Below are positions 26,216 to 36,683 of a stretch of DNA of 64,000 bases, piece by piece; position 1 is the first letter of the stretch; each line of letters starts with the position of its first letter. The translations under genes were made by a program, and so were the position numbers. Below the pieces are notes generated by a model. The model was not told where the DNA came from. It did not search any database and saw nothing but the letters and a program-made list of their open reading frames with translations. Source of the stretch: Tilletiaria anomala UBC 951 (taxonomy: Eukaryota); assembly GCF_000711695.1 (NCBI RefSeq), contig NW_013547021.1, positions 248,001-312,000 on the forward strand, written 5' to 3'.

Positions 26216-26328
26216 GAAACAGATGAGAGCATCGGTTTGAAATCCATCGCTTGTTGGATTGGAATACGTGGCTCACACTTGGTTCGCGGTCAAACTTGTC
26301 CAAAGAATCACAGAATGTTGCAGCACTC

Positions 26329-27537
26329 TCACGCGATCTTTGCGCTGACACCCGCTTGCGATACTGTGGCACCGAATAGTTCGGTTTGCATACGGCTGTG
26401 CTGCGTTGCACCCGTCATTGGGCTTCCAAAGCCGTACCTTAGCGCGCCAAGGCTGTAATCCTTGCCTTCCTCCCGCTCGTGCATCGGAGGCCACTCCGCG
26501 CGTCGGTTGATGTAGTACTCTGCGAAACGGTCGCCACCGTCTGAAACTGCGTTGAACGTCGCGTAGATTGCTGCGCGCGGGTTCGAGGATGAGCTGATCG
26601 GTAGGAATGTAATTTGAAATCAATCAGCGATACATGCATTATTCAACCGCCAAAATCTGTGCGTCTACTTACTTTGGTCCACTACGGTGCGCAAGGTACG
26701 AGCCAAAGATTAGCACGTCGCCTGGCTTGAGGGGAACAAGGATCCACTCGTTTGCATCTTCCCAGTCTTTCGGGATACACTGACGGGGTAGTGCGTACGA
26801 GAAACTGTTCGTGAGCAGCTGATGATGCTTCTCGTTAGTCAGCGCTGCGACTCACGTTGTCGGATCCCACAGGGATATTCATCCTGTGGCTTCCAGGCAC
26901 AACTTCGAGGCACCCGTTCTCGAGTGTCGCCTTGTCCACGGCGATGTTAACGGTGAGGTGCTGTCAAGAACGTGGATATGAGCTTCAGGAAAAGCATTAA
27001 CAGTCGCTGCGCAAAGAGTTACCTTCAAAGCACCAGCATGCGTGTATGCTGGCGCATCTTGATGTGCATCAAAGCCGCCAGCCTTGGGGAGTTTGTAGTT
27101 AATTTTTTCCTTGAAAAGGATCATCTGCAAAAAGGTACCGGACGAAAATGACCCTGGCATTCAGCTGTTGATCTTGGCCTCGAAGAGTAGACCTCCGGAA
27201 TGAAATCGCGCACCTCTTCACCACTCAACTGCTTCAAGACGCCCATCAAACGATCACCCCGGAAGAGCGCATTGAAGCCTGGGTGAAAGGGGCTGTAGTT
27301 CTCCGTCCTGGTAAGCACCATGCGTCCATCGCTGATTTTTTCTTGGTACGGCATCCATTTGCCCTTGACGAGGGGCCAGTCGTGCACCTGCTGAGTCCAT
27401 TGCCTCAATGTTTGCACCGAAGAGGTGTCGGCTAGGAAGTCGCGGAGGATAAGAAATCCTTGCTGCTCGAAGGAGGTGATTTGCTCAGGCGAGAGCATGT
27501 ATGGCTCGTTGGAAATGGAGAGAGGAGCGTCTGACAT
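26329..27537 (-). CDS. Fe(II)/2-oxoglutarate dioxygenase, PhyH family, PhnY (aminoethylphosphonate hydroxylase)-like
   Basis: Intact 5-exon model (introns 27125-27213, 26961-27022, 26780-26855, 26594-26672): LSPEQITSFEQQGFLIL...LTRTENY...LFKEKINYKLPKAGGFDAHQDAPAY (HxD)...ENGCLEVVPGSH...LKPGDVLIFGSYLAHRSGPN (distal His)...RAAIYATFN...GDRFAEYYINRRAEWPP...SAKIA*. Confidence 0.88.
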
Positions 27538-28639
27538 GGTGAATTGGCTGCGAGTCGGCTTCTGCAAGGCTGGAATGTTGCGTCGTGAACCTTTCACTTG
27601 TGCTTCTTGATGCCCTTTTGCCGGAGGGGAGAGAATATTCAGACGTTTTGTTCTTGCACTCACATCTGCCGAAAAACAGGGTCATACCAGCACGTTGCGT
27701 TGGTCTTTTATATCTTTGCGAAAGGACACGATACAGTCAACAGTATCGGAGACATCACGAGTAGATCCACAGCCGTCATACATGCATCTGACGAAATCTG
27801 CTCCTCATGAGACCCTATCTCAGATAGATCCAACCTCACTAGAGGAGAACCTGTCACCGTCACCAAGCCCTGCTGCGCGAGAGGAGGTCTCGTCAACAAG
27901 GGGGCAAGAGAATAGTTTGGGCGAGAGGAGCTCGGCCTTCTCTCCGAGGGCTGAGGGACAGATGACCGAGACGTGGGGTAACGCGGGAGTAGAATGTCAG
28001 TGAGCTTTACACATTTTGGCATGTTCCTGTTGAATCTTTCTGCGGTCTCGCCTTTATCTCCTATGAAACTGAATCCTATCTTCCTTTCCTCTATTTTACG
28101 CCTCGCAACGGGTTTGCGTCGTGCGACGGTTGTGCACTTTGCACTTGTGCTTTCCTTGGCCTTTTCTGCTAACAAATAAGTTATCCCCAGACAAATTGAA
28201 TAATGATCGAAGCCATCAAGTTCACAGCCTGCCGAGTACCGAACATGAGTCTTTCGGTCACGACCGTTCCTGCAAGTGCGTGCTGACATGTAAGAAGCGA
28301 ACTTATATTCCGAGTGACGGGTAATCAAGTCCCTTGAACCCCCGCGATACTTTCGCGATCAAGCTGATCTGACTGGCAACAAAGTATGGGCTCGAGCCCA
28401 TCCGCTACCTTCAATTCAGGGTTATCCTTTCCTAGGATCGAGTCACCTCGTGCTCAAAGAACCCATGCGGACAAGCACATCAATATAAGCTTCCACATGT
28501 TGCATGTGTCAAGGATTTCAAGCTGGAGGACGCTGGAAAAAGCCCTCTGCTGGCGAGTCCTCACCCTTCGAGCACCAGTCTTCCCTTACAATTCTCGAGA
28601 AGCGTCTCGCAGCTGGCAGCCCCGTTCAGCAAGATGCTG

Positions 28640-30234
28640 GCTGGAACCCGATGCTCGCCAGGAAATCAAGACTTTTATCTTCACGGCTGTCTTTTCTGGC
28701 TTGGCTTTGACGAGATATAGCTACATCGAAGGCGTCGGTGGCAGCTGCAATTTGATCCTCAAGCACAAGTAAGGCGGCGAATACCCTTTGGCCCTCACGA
28801 AGCGCGTGTCGCAGGCTTATTTTGTCGGCGTCATCATTGGTGAGAGCATTTCACAACTTTCTGATAGCGTGGTGCAAATCCAAACGCATTGTCTTTTCGT
28901 TCTATGCAGGCGCGCTGCTCTTCAGCCAAGTGATCCACTGTTTTCTGCGCCGAGTCGGCGTTTTTGGCGCGACCTCCATCCTCATAGTTTAGATCATCCT
29001 CTCAATAGCATCAAACGGCACGACTACCTTGGGTTTCCTCTTGATTCTGATCATCGGTTACGGCATCAGAAGCTATCGTGCTGGCGCCGAGTACTCTTTC
29101 TGTGGCACGGGCTTGAGGGAAGCTGCAGACGCAACACCCCCGTGATACGGTGACGTGACCTGCTCTTCGATCTCATTGGAGATGGAGCCATCGACTTCGG
29201 CTTCGTCGTCGCAGGAATCGTGTCGATCGTCATCCTCACTCCTTATGGCACCACTTCGTCCATAACCTTCGGCGAGATGCGTGAAAAGAATGGCGCATGA
29301 CGCATTTGCTTAGGGCTGGGAATGATGACCTCAATCTCCTTGCTCGGTCTGCAGCCCAAGGTGGTGTCCAGCACGGCATTCCGCAAGCATGCGCTCAAAA
29401 GCCATCCCACCCCTCGCATTATCCTCCTCATCCTTAAGCGGTACTGGCGTGCGATGCCTATCACCAGTTTGTGCTGGCTCCTCAATGACTGTGAGCATTC
29501 CTCATCTGCTTCTCCATTCTCTGCCTTGATGAAGCATCTGAAGCCTTCTCCTTTGATTTTTGCAGCATGAGCGTACCCGTTCGGCCTGAATTATTCCTTC
29601 ATCGTCGCCCGCATAGGCAAGGGCTCGGACAGCATGATCACCAGCATTGTCTATGGAAGCGTCATCAACTTTTCCCCACCCAGCGCTGTTGTAGGAACTT
29701 TATCGATGAACAAGATCGGTCGCAAGCGTACACAATTTTAGGTTTCTTCGTCCAAGCCATCATGGGCTTCATCATTGGAGGAGCTCTGCCTTAGATCCAA
29801 CCTGACTCGCCGCTTTTCATGCTTATGTACAGGTAAGTGTGGCATATGCTGGGGTTGTAATTGTGAGATTGAGACTGACACCAGCTATTTGAAACAGAAT
29901 CTTCCTTGCATTCAACGCGATTCTAGCCGCATACCCCACCGATGTGCAGGGCGAGCGAGTCAACTTTATCTTCGGCAGCCCGTTCAGCTCAGCGTCCTTT
30001 TACGTGCCACCGACCATGAGCAGGGACTCGCAACAGCAAGACATCGAGTTCCGCGATTACCTCGCTCAGCATGGATACAAGTCTATCTTTGGTGAAAACC
30101 CAGTGACACAGCATGAGGGGACCCACGAGGAATTGCAGGCCGAGAAGATGCGGAAGCAGGGGGAACGGACCGCAAGAGCTGCAAAGCTGCTTGGGCATCT
30201 TTGGTGTAAATATCTGAATCAAACATGGGCTTGA
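28640..30234 (+). pseudogene. Decayed MFS transporter of the GIT1 (glycerophosphodiester)/Pho84-related family
   Basis: TAVFSGLALT...EGVGGSCNLILKHK*...KRVSQAYFVGVIIG|ALLF...LRRVGVFGATSILIV*IILSIASNG...GAEYSFCGTGLREAAD...IDFGFVVAG...AFRKHAL...LILKRYWR...IGRKRT...GFFVQAIMGFIIGGAL...DIEFRDYLAQHGY. In-frame stops TAA 28770-28772 and TAG 28990-28992, plus frameshifts. Introns are retained. Confidence 0.8.
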
Positions 30235-30298
30235 GGTTGCAACAAGAAAGTTTACATGAGATTGCCGCATTCTAAATGCATCCACCATAGGCAATAGC

Positions 30299-31898
30299 TC
30301 AAATTTCCTTTTCCGCATCCACGGCCTTCTTGTCCGGCATCCGCATGCTTTGCGGTAGGGCGGACACAGGCTCTCGGCTCAGTCTGCTCGCTGCAAGTAC
30401 CCTGGCGTCCTGAGCAAGAACAGCGTCAATGATGGCAAGAGCGGCCATGCTTTCCACGATGGGTATGGCGCGTGGGACCACGCAAGGGTCGTGCCGTCCA
30501 CGGGTCTGCAGTACTCCTGTTGTGCCGTCGTAGCGCGAGGTGGATTGATCCTGAGAGATCGTAGCAGGAGACTTGAAGCCGACGCTGAGAGCCGAACGAA
30601 AATGAATCGTGCACGAGTAAGCAACCATAGTAGATTAAATTGCCGTTTCATGCTGAAACACTTACCGGAAGTAGATGTCTTCGCCGTTGGTGATGCCGCC
30701 TTGAACACCCCCGCTCCAATTAGTCGTAGTTCCAAGGTGCCCATCATCCCTGAGGAAGAAGGCATCGTTGTGCTTGCTGCCGGGTACTTCCGTCCCCCTG
30801 AAGCCGCTGCCGAACTCGAAAGCCTTGGTCGCAGGTATGCTGAGCATAGCATGGGCGAGTTTTGCCTCCATCTTGTCAAAGCAAGGTTCTCCCAGCCCGG
30901 AAGGCACGTGGCGAATGACACACGTCACAGTACCGCCAATGCTGTCGTTGCGCGATTTGGCGAGCAAGATGCGTTCGCGCATTCGCTCTGCAGCTTCGGG
31001 GTGCGGGCAGCGTATATCGTTCTGATCGACTTGTGCTCTTGTGATGGTGGCCATGAGCTGCCGGAACTCTTTGCTGAGCGGCTCCTCTGCCTCGTCAGCG
31101 GTCAATCCATCGACAATCTGATGGTCCAGCGTGGACGGCGCAACCCCCGTTTGTGTCGCTGTGACTGCGACTTCGGCCGTATTGCTTCCAGACCCCGAGG
31201 TGAGGCTTGGTGCAAGACGCTCGCCGGGAAAGCGTGGGATGTGCACCTTGCCTACCGACGAGACGAATGCGACAATTTCGATGCCGAATGCTTCTTTAAG
31301 GTATTTTTCTGCTACGGCTCCTGCAGCGACGCGGCCTGTTGCATCACAATAGAATGGTTGGCTTCCAGCTACTTTGCAGCAGGATATGGGACAAGAAGGG
31401 GCTTCCTCACCAATCGTCTCACGAGCGCTGGAGCGCCCTCCACCGCTGGACGCCTTGACTCCGTACTTTTCGAGGTAGGTAAAGTCTGCATGACTTGGAC
31501 GCGGGAATGCGTCGAGTGTCTTGTCTGTGTAGTCGTTCGGTCTGTGATCCTGGTTGCGAACGAGCATTGCGAGTGGTGTGCCTAGTGTCACGCCTTTTTC
31601 TACCCCCGATTGGATTTGCACTTTGTCTTTCTCGTCGCGCTGAAATGAGCCCCAGTACGCACAAGTCATAGCTGTGTCAGCAAGGTCAGACACTTGGCAC
31701 GCGCTCTAGGGTCAAAAGGGATGAACTCACCGGAGTTGTCAATGCTGACTGGCCAGGTCTTCGCCGGCTTAGCTGCGTCTGGACATCCTGCTCCACCAGG
31801 CTCATGCCTGGTGGCACGCCATCAACGATGCAACCGACGGAGGCGCAATGTGACTCGCCATATGTGGTGACACGGAAATGACTTCCAAATGTGGACAT
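30299..31898 (-). CDS. ARO2: Chorismate synthase
   Basis: [127 protein letters not shown]; three introns. Confidence 0.97.
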
Positions 31899-32331
31899 CG
31901 TGAAAGCTGCAACAGAGGGTCCCAGGCTTCAAAGGTGTGAGTGCTAGGGAGACGGTAGACAAGACAGCGGAGATAGCTTTGACGATGTTGTCCTGGAACT
32001 CAAAACGTAGCTCTCTTTCCGGTGGCGAGCTCGCACACTTTTTCAAAATGCTTTTTTCTGAATCGGCGACTTTTCCCCAAGCGCTAGTCATCGGCGAATT
32101 GTTTTTCTGTCTCGCATCACAAAGCATGAGACTCGTCTCAATCACAGCCGACATTTCAGTGCTGTTTCTTTGCTGCTACGTTAGTGTACAAGGGTATGCT
32201 TATGATGCATCCGGTTGTAGCGAAGGGAGATGCAAATAGGCTAGAAAGGTATTGAGGGAATCAGGGCATATTCACCCAGCGACCGGTGGGGCAAGAGCAG
32301 CACCAGATGCTACCGATGAACAACTGGCACG

Positions 32332-34463
32332 ATGGACGCATTTGCCATTCGTCTGGCGTTTATCGCTCAGCTTCGCAAGCTCAACGCATCACAGCAGTCG
32401 ATCAACAAAGTGCTTGCGCTCGCTGTACGGCATGCAGCCACAAGCAGCGATGATATATGGTCTTGCATCATGCAAGAATGTCGCAAGGTGATTTTGTGTT
32501 TCTTTTACTCGTTGCTCAAATGAACGTCGCCGGCGTACTGATCGTGTGCAATGGTCCCAATTTGCCGCTTCTCCCTAGGCATCTCTCAATGCTCGCGTAA
32601 ACATCTTCTTCCTCCTCGATGCGCTGTTCACTGACGAGTCATTCTCGGACTTGGCCCTGGCCAACACGTACTATCTGCCTTATGCACGGAAGGATCTCAA
32701 GTCAGTTGTCGATATGGTTGTTCCCAAGGAAGCGCTCACGATGTCAGACGGTACGGTCGTCAACCGTGAGGGCGCTGGAATCAGACTAAATGCAGGTAAC
32801 GTGCTGCCAATCCTGGCTGGGTGGAAGATACGTCAAGTATTTCCGACGGAGCTGCTTGAGAGCATGGAGCAGGAGTTGCGCGAACGCAAACAGAAGCTGC
32901 GCACTCAAGGGCCGCTTCCTGATGAAACGTCGAAGCCGGAGGGCTTCAGCCGGAACGATGTGCTCCGTAGAATCGAAGAGGACCGGGAACGGGTGAGTTT
33001 GATCTCCTCGTCGAGAAGAACCAGTTTCTCTTGTGCACAGCTGACGCTCAGTGATACGCAACTTGCAGCATAAGCGACTACGCGAGCGCGGCTGGATCCT
33101 GCCCCCGAAAGTGTTCAGCGTTCCCAACGCGCAGAGTCTGCATGCGAGTAGGGCTCGCGCTGCCAAGGGTGCAGACGATGCTCCCGTGAGTGCTTCATGG
33201 ACTCCTGCCTCACCTCGCGACTCTTCAATCGCATCAACCCCGCGAACACCATGTGCGGCTGTGTCCACGTCAATTGCCACCACAACGACTTCCGTCGTTG
33301 GGCCTGTTCAGCAACTCGACCCGATTAGCATCGAATTTGATCAGGTGTGGGAGACCGCATCGGACCTCAACGCGGATGACCTGGACAAGCTGACCGACGA
33401 GCACAGGCTCTGGTGGGGGTCCGAGGCGAATGCGGAAGCATTTCTGCAGCAACAAGAAGAGATGGACCGCGAGCGGTTGCGAGAGTGGGAGGAACAGCAA
33501 GCACAACTGGCCAAGGAGGCAGAAGCGGCTGAAGAGCAGCAGCGAGCCGCGGCATGGGGTACGCATCGAGCTCCCGCGCGTAACCGTGAGCGGGAGCGAG
33601 AACGCGAACGAGGAGGTCGCGAGCGCGACCACGACATCGCGCGCCATGGAGGCAGGCAAGGGAGAGAAGCGATGAGTGGTGCTGCGTGTGATGCGAGGAG
33701 TCGCTTTGACCACAGGGACCGAGCGGTGCAGGACCATAGGGATCACAAGCGCACACGCAGCGCGCTCGATGATGAGCGCCACAGAGACCAGGACCGGGAC
33801 CAGGACCGATCTAGGGACAGACAAGGGGCCAGACATCAAGTTACAGACGGAGACGTAGTGATTGGCAGCAGCAGCAGCGGAAGCAGCAGGCGAGAATCCT
33901 TCGACAGGCGAGATGCACAGCACCGATTGCACACACCTTCGCCCCCACCACCCCCGACGACCGGATCAAGAACATATTCGCGGTACGACGAGTCATCCGC
34001 GAGAGATCCGCTGCGCACTTGGTCGTCTCGTGCGACACCCAGCAGACAGCATCCTTCCTCCTCATCCAGCAGACCCCTGTCGAGCAGCTCGAGAGCACCT
34101 GCGGGACCAGGAGCCGGACCGGGCCTGCCGCCATCGCCGCCACGGCGACCGCTACAGGTAGCCCCAGAGATGTCATCGAGAGCTTCTGCGCATGGGCATC
34201 GCAGCGAGCGCGACGCTGGCCGCGACTACGGCGAGCACGAGTCAGGGCGTACGCGCGGGCGACAGCACGAGCCCGGGCGAGATACGTGGCGCCATGACCG
34301 CGCTCGTGATTATCGCGAGCGCGACCAACAGCGGGAGCGCGATCGCACCCTTCCCAAGCGGGAAGCCGATGGGGGCGGTGACAGGGAAAGAGACGAGCGT
34401 GACTATTATTACGAGCGGCGCGATCGCCATGAGCGGGAAGACGTGCGACCGCGCAGAGCGTAG
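32332..34463 (+). CDS. CTK3: RNA polymerase II CTD kinase (CTDK-I) gamma subunit with long RD/RS-rich tail
   Basis: MDAFAIRLAFIAQLRKLNASQQSI...DDIWSCIMQEC|ASLNARVNIFFLLD (CID-like N domain); DVLRRIEEDRER|HKRLRERGW and IEFDQVWETASDLNADD (Ctk3 C motif); introns about 32488-32578 and 32993-33068. Confidence 0.85.
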
Positions 34464-35923
34464 GCGGTCTCTGTGAGGTTCCGCCGTGTATGCTTGTAGC
34501 AGATCTATGTAGACATCTTGCTTGCTTGCATCCAGCGTCGTGAGATATGCAACCTCTCCTTACGTACTACTTTTCGGCGTCAATTCCGGGTCACGAACAC
34601 TTGGCGTCCCGGTGCGTGTGCGCTTCGGTCTGTCTCGAATGCAAGATTGGACATGTTCATTCATATTTACTGATTTATGACTGTAAGATGGACAGCAACT
34701 GCCCCAGCGTCTCTAGAGCGTCGAGTGCACGCCGCCCCCCCGGAGGTCCCACAGTGGTCAAGTGAAGGCCTCTCGGCCATTTGCATTCATTTGGAGTTAC
34801 GCAATTGTGTGGATTCGCTTGAGCAGCTCCAATCCCACGGCGCCAGTAGCTGGCCGGGAGGCGGCTGTGCTGACTGCTGGATGAGGATATGTAGGCAGGC
34901 AGGCGGGTGAACAAAATGACTGAAGATGCGATGGGGGTTGCCTATTGGTAATCAGTAATGTGTGAATATGACGAGTTGGCCCGGGAGGGGAGCAACGCGG
35001 AAAGGTATAGTAGCCTCAAAGTCGGTTCGTGGCTGTCATGGGCTGAAGTCAAGCAGTGCCCAATGGGGGGGGCCAGCTGATTTGATTTTCATTCTCTCTC
35101 ACTCGGATTGCAGGCCGGCACGACAGCAAGCCCCGAAACTAAAAGCACGCAAGCAGCAGAAAGAAGAACAAAAGGAATAAAAAAGCCATCCGAAAGTGTG
35201 GCAGGCGCTGCAGATGCAGTTGGGTTCATTTCACCCCGTCGCCAATTCCCAATTCCCACCTCCTTGATGTCCTGGAGGCGCATTTCGCTTTTGCATCGAG
35301 CCTACCTGCATACATGCATCCAGTGGCTGCGCCTGCACTGCGAGAGTGCTCGGGCGTCAGCGACTTGCCCCGTGCGTATATATATACATGTCTACATACA
35401 TGGAAACACGGATATATATATAAATGTTCACATACATATGCGGGCGGCCTCACGCTCTGCCCCTAGCCCACCCCTGTTCGCAGCCTTGAAATAATAGCCA
35501 TTCTGAATTGAATAAGTTCACTCGATGCATCATCATTCTCACACCAAAAGTCTACCACAATGTGTGCGCAAAAGAGGGACTCGCTCGGTGCCAGGCGGCC
35601 AGTCTATGCATGTACAATCGACAATGTCCGAGAGATGTGCGTGCGTGTGCTTGTTGCCACCAGGAGGTGCTGGCATGAGGCTGAACGAGTGTGCAAATGC
35701 ATGGGGCAAGTATGCATGCATGCAGGCATTTGTGCACATCTGATGGTAGGCGTAGAATCTGCACCGGCTGAATGTCCGATGATGAATCGCCCCACCTGCC
35801 TTCTCACGGGGGGATTTTATCCAAGGGGATTCGATGTGCTTTTCTTTACCCGCCCTGCAAGAGGCGAAACCGTCCGTCGTCCACACCCACGTGGATGGGG
35901 TCGCCCCGTGTACACGCTGACAG

Positions 35924-36030
35924 GTAAGAATGTCAGGCTTGCGATAAAGTTTCCCCCCTTTGTTGAGGCTTGATGCTGGGTGCTTTGAGATGATCATCCT
36001 GCCGCCGACCCTAACCCCCCTCTTTTTCAG
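35924..36030 (+). other. Probable spliceosomal intron in the 5' leader of the GAF-domain gene
   Basis: Donor CAG|GTAAGA at 35924, branch point CCTAAC at 36010-36015, pyrimidine tract and TTTTTCAG acceptor at 36030; 107 nt; lies 650 nt upstream of the ATG at 36684. Confidence 0.55.
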
Positions 36031-36683
36031 TCCGCTTCGACCCTCTCGGAACCCCCTTCCCTCCCTCCTTCTCCCAGGTCAAATCGTCAGCGCGTGCCAT
36101 CTGCCCTCGGAGGCGGGACGGGCGCCCAACGAGTCAGGACAAAGCCCCCCATGATGATGGGTGGTGCGGCGATGACACCGCTCTCTCGTTCATGGACAGT
36201 ATCTCATCACACACTTCTCGTTGTCTTCTCGGATCTCGGCGCCATTCGAGTGAAAGTGCCATGTGGCAATGAGCCTTCCTTAGCAGGCTGCGAACGTTCT
36301 ATCATCATGCATCTTCCCAACCAACACCGAGGTCCGAGTGACCAACACACGCGCAGTAACATTCGCCGCCCAGTGCATCGGACCATCCCTCTGGCCCTCA
36401 TAGGCTCTCGCGCTTCTGGGCCGTTGCATGTGCGCCTCGCAAGGCCGCAAGAATGGTATGAGGAGAGATGTTCCATTCGTAATAAAAGACATCAGCGCCT
36501 TCCTTCTACCCTCGGCACATGCTAACTCATCAAGGCATCCTAATTGCTAGCCAATGCTTCTCGCTGCGATTTTGTAACTGCTGCTGCTGGACCGTTAATT
36601 TCTCAGCTGTGACGCAGGGGCAAATGAGAATTCCCTCCGCGGGACGGTAGACTACCGGGTGCTGCTCCCAGGAAAGAGGAGAC

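Noticed and set aside
27708..28328. 206-aa ORF between the dioxygenase and transporter as a possible PhnZ/HD gene or Zn2Cys6 regulator
   Set aside because: No HD-domain motifs or complete Cys6 pattern could be read.
25567..28992. Premature stops in the hydrolase and transporter relics as A-to-I editing or recoding sites
   Set aside because: The stops are of all three types, accompany frameshifts and degraded motifs, and do not obviously fall at Trp positions; ordinary decay explains them.
30491..31585. 364-aa plus-strand ORF
   Set aside because: Antisense shadow of ARO2.
36008..36017. ACCCTAACCC, a match to a TTAGGG telomerase RNA template
   Set aside because: A 10-nt match to any permutation on either strand is expected about once in 64 kb, and here it is explained as the CTAAC branch point of intron 35924-36030.
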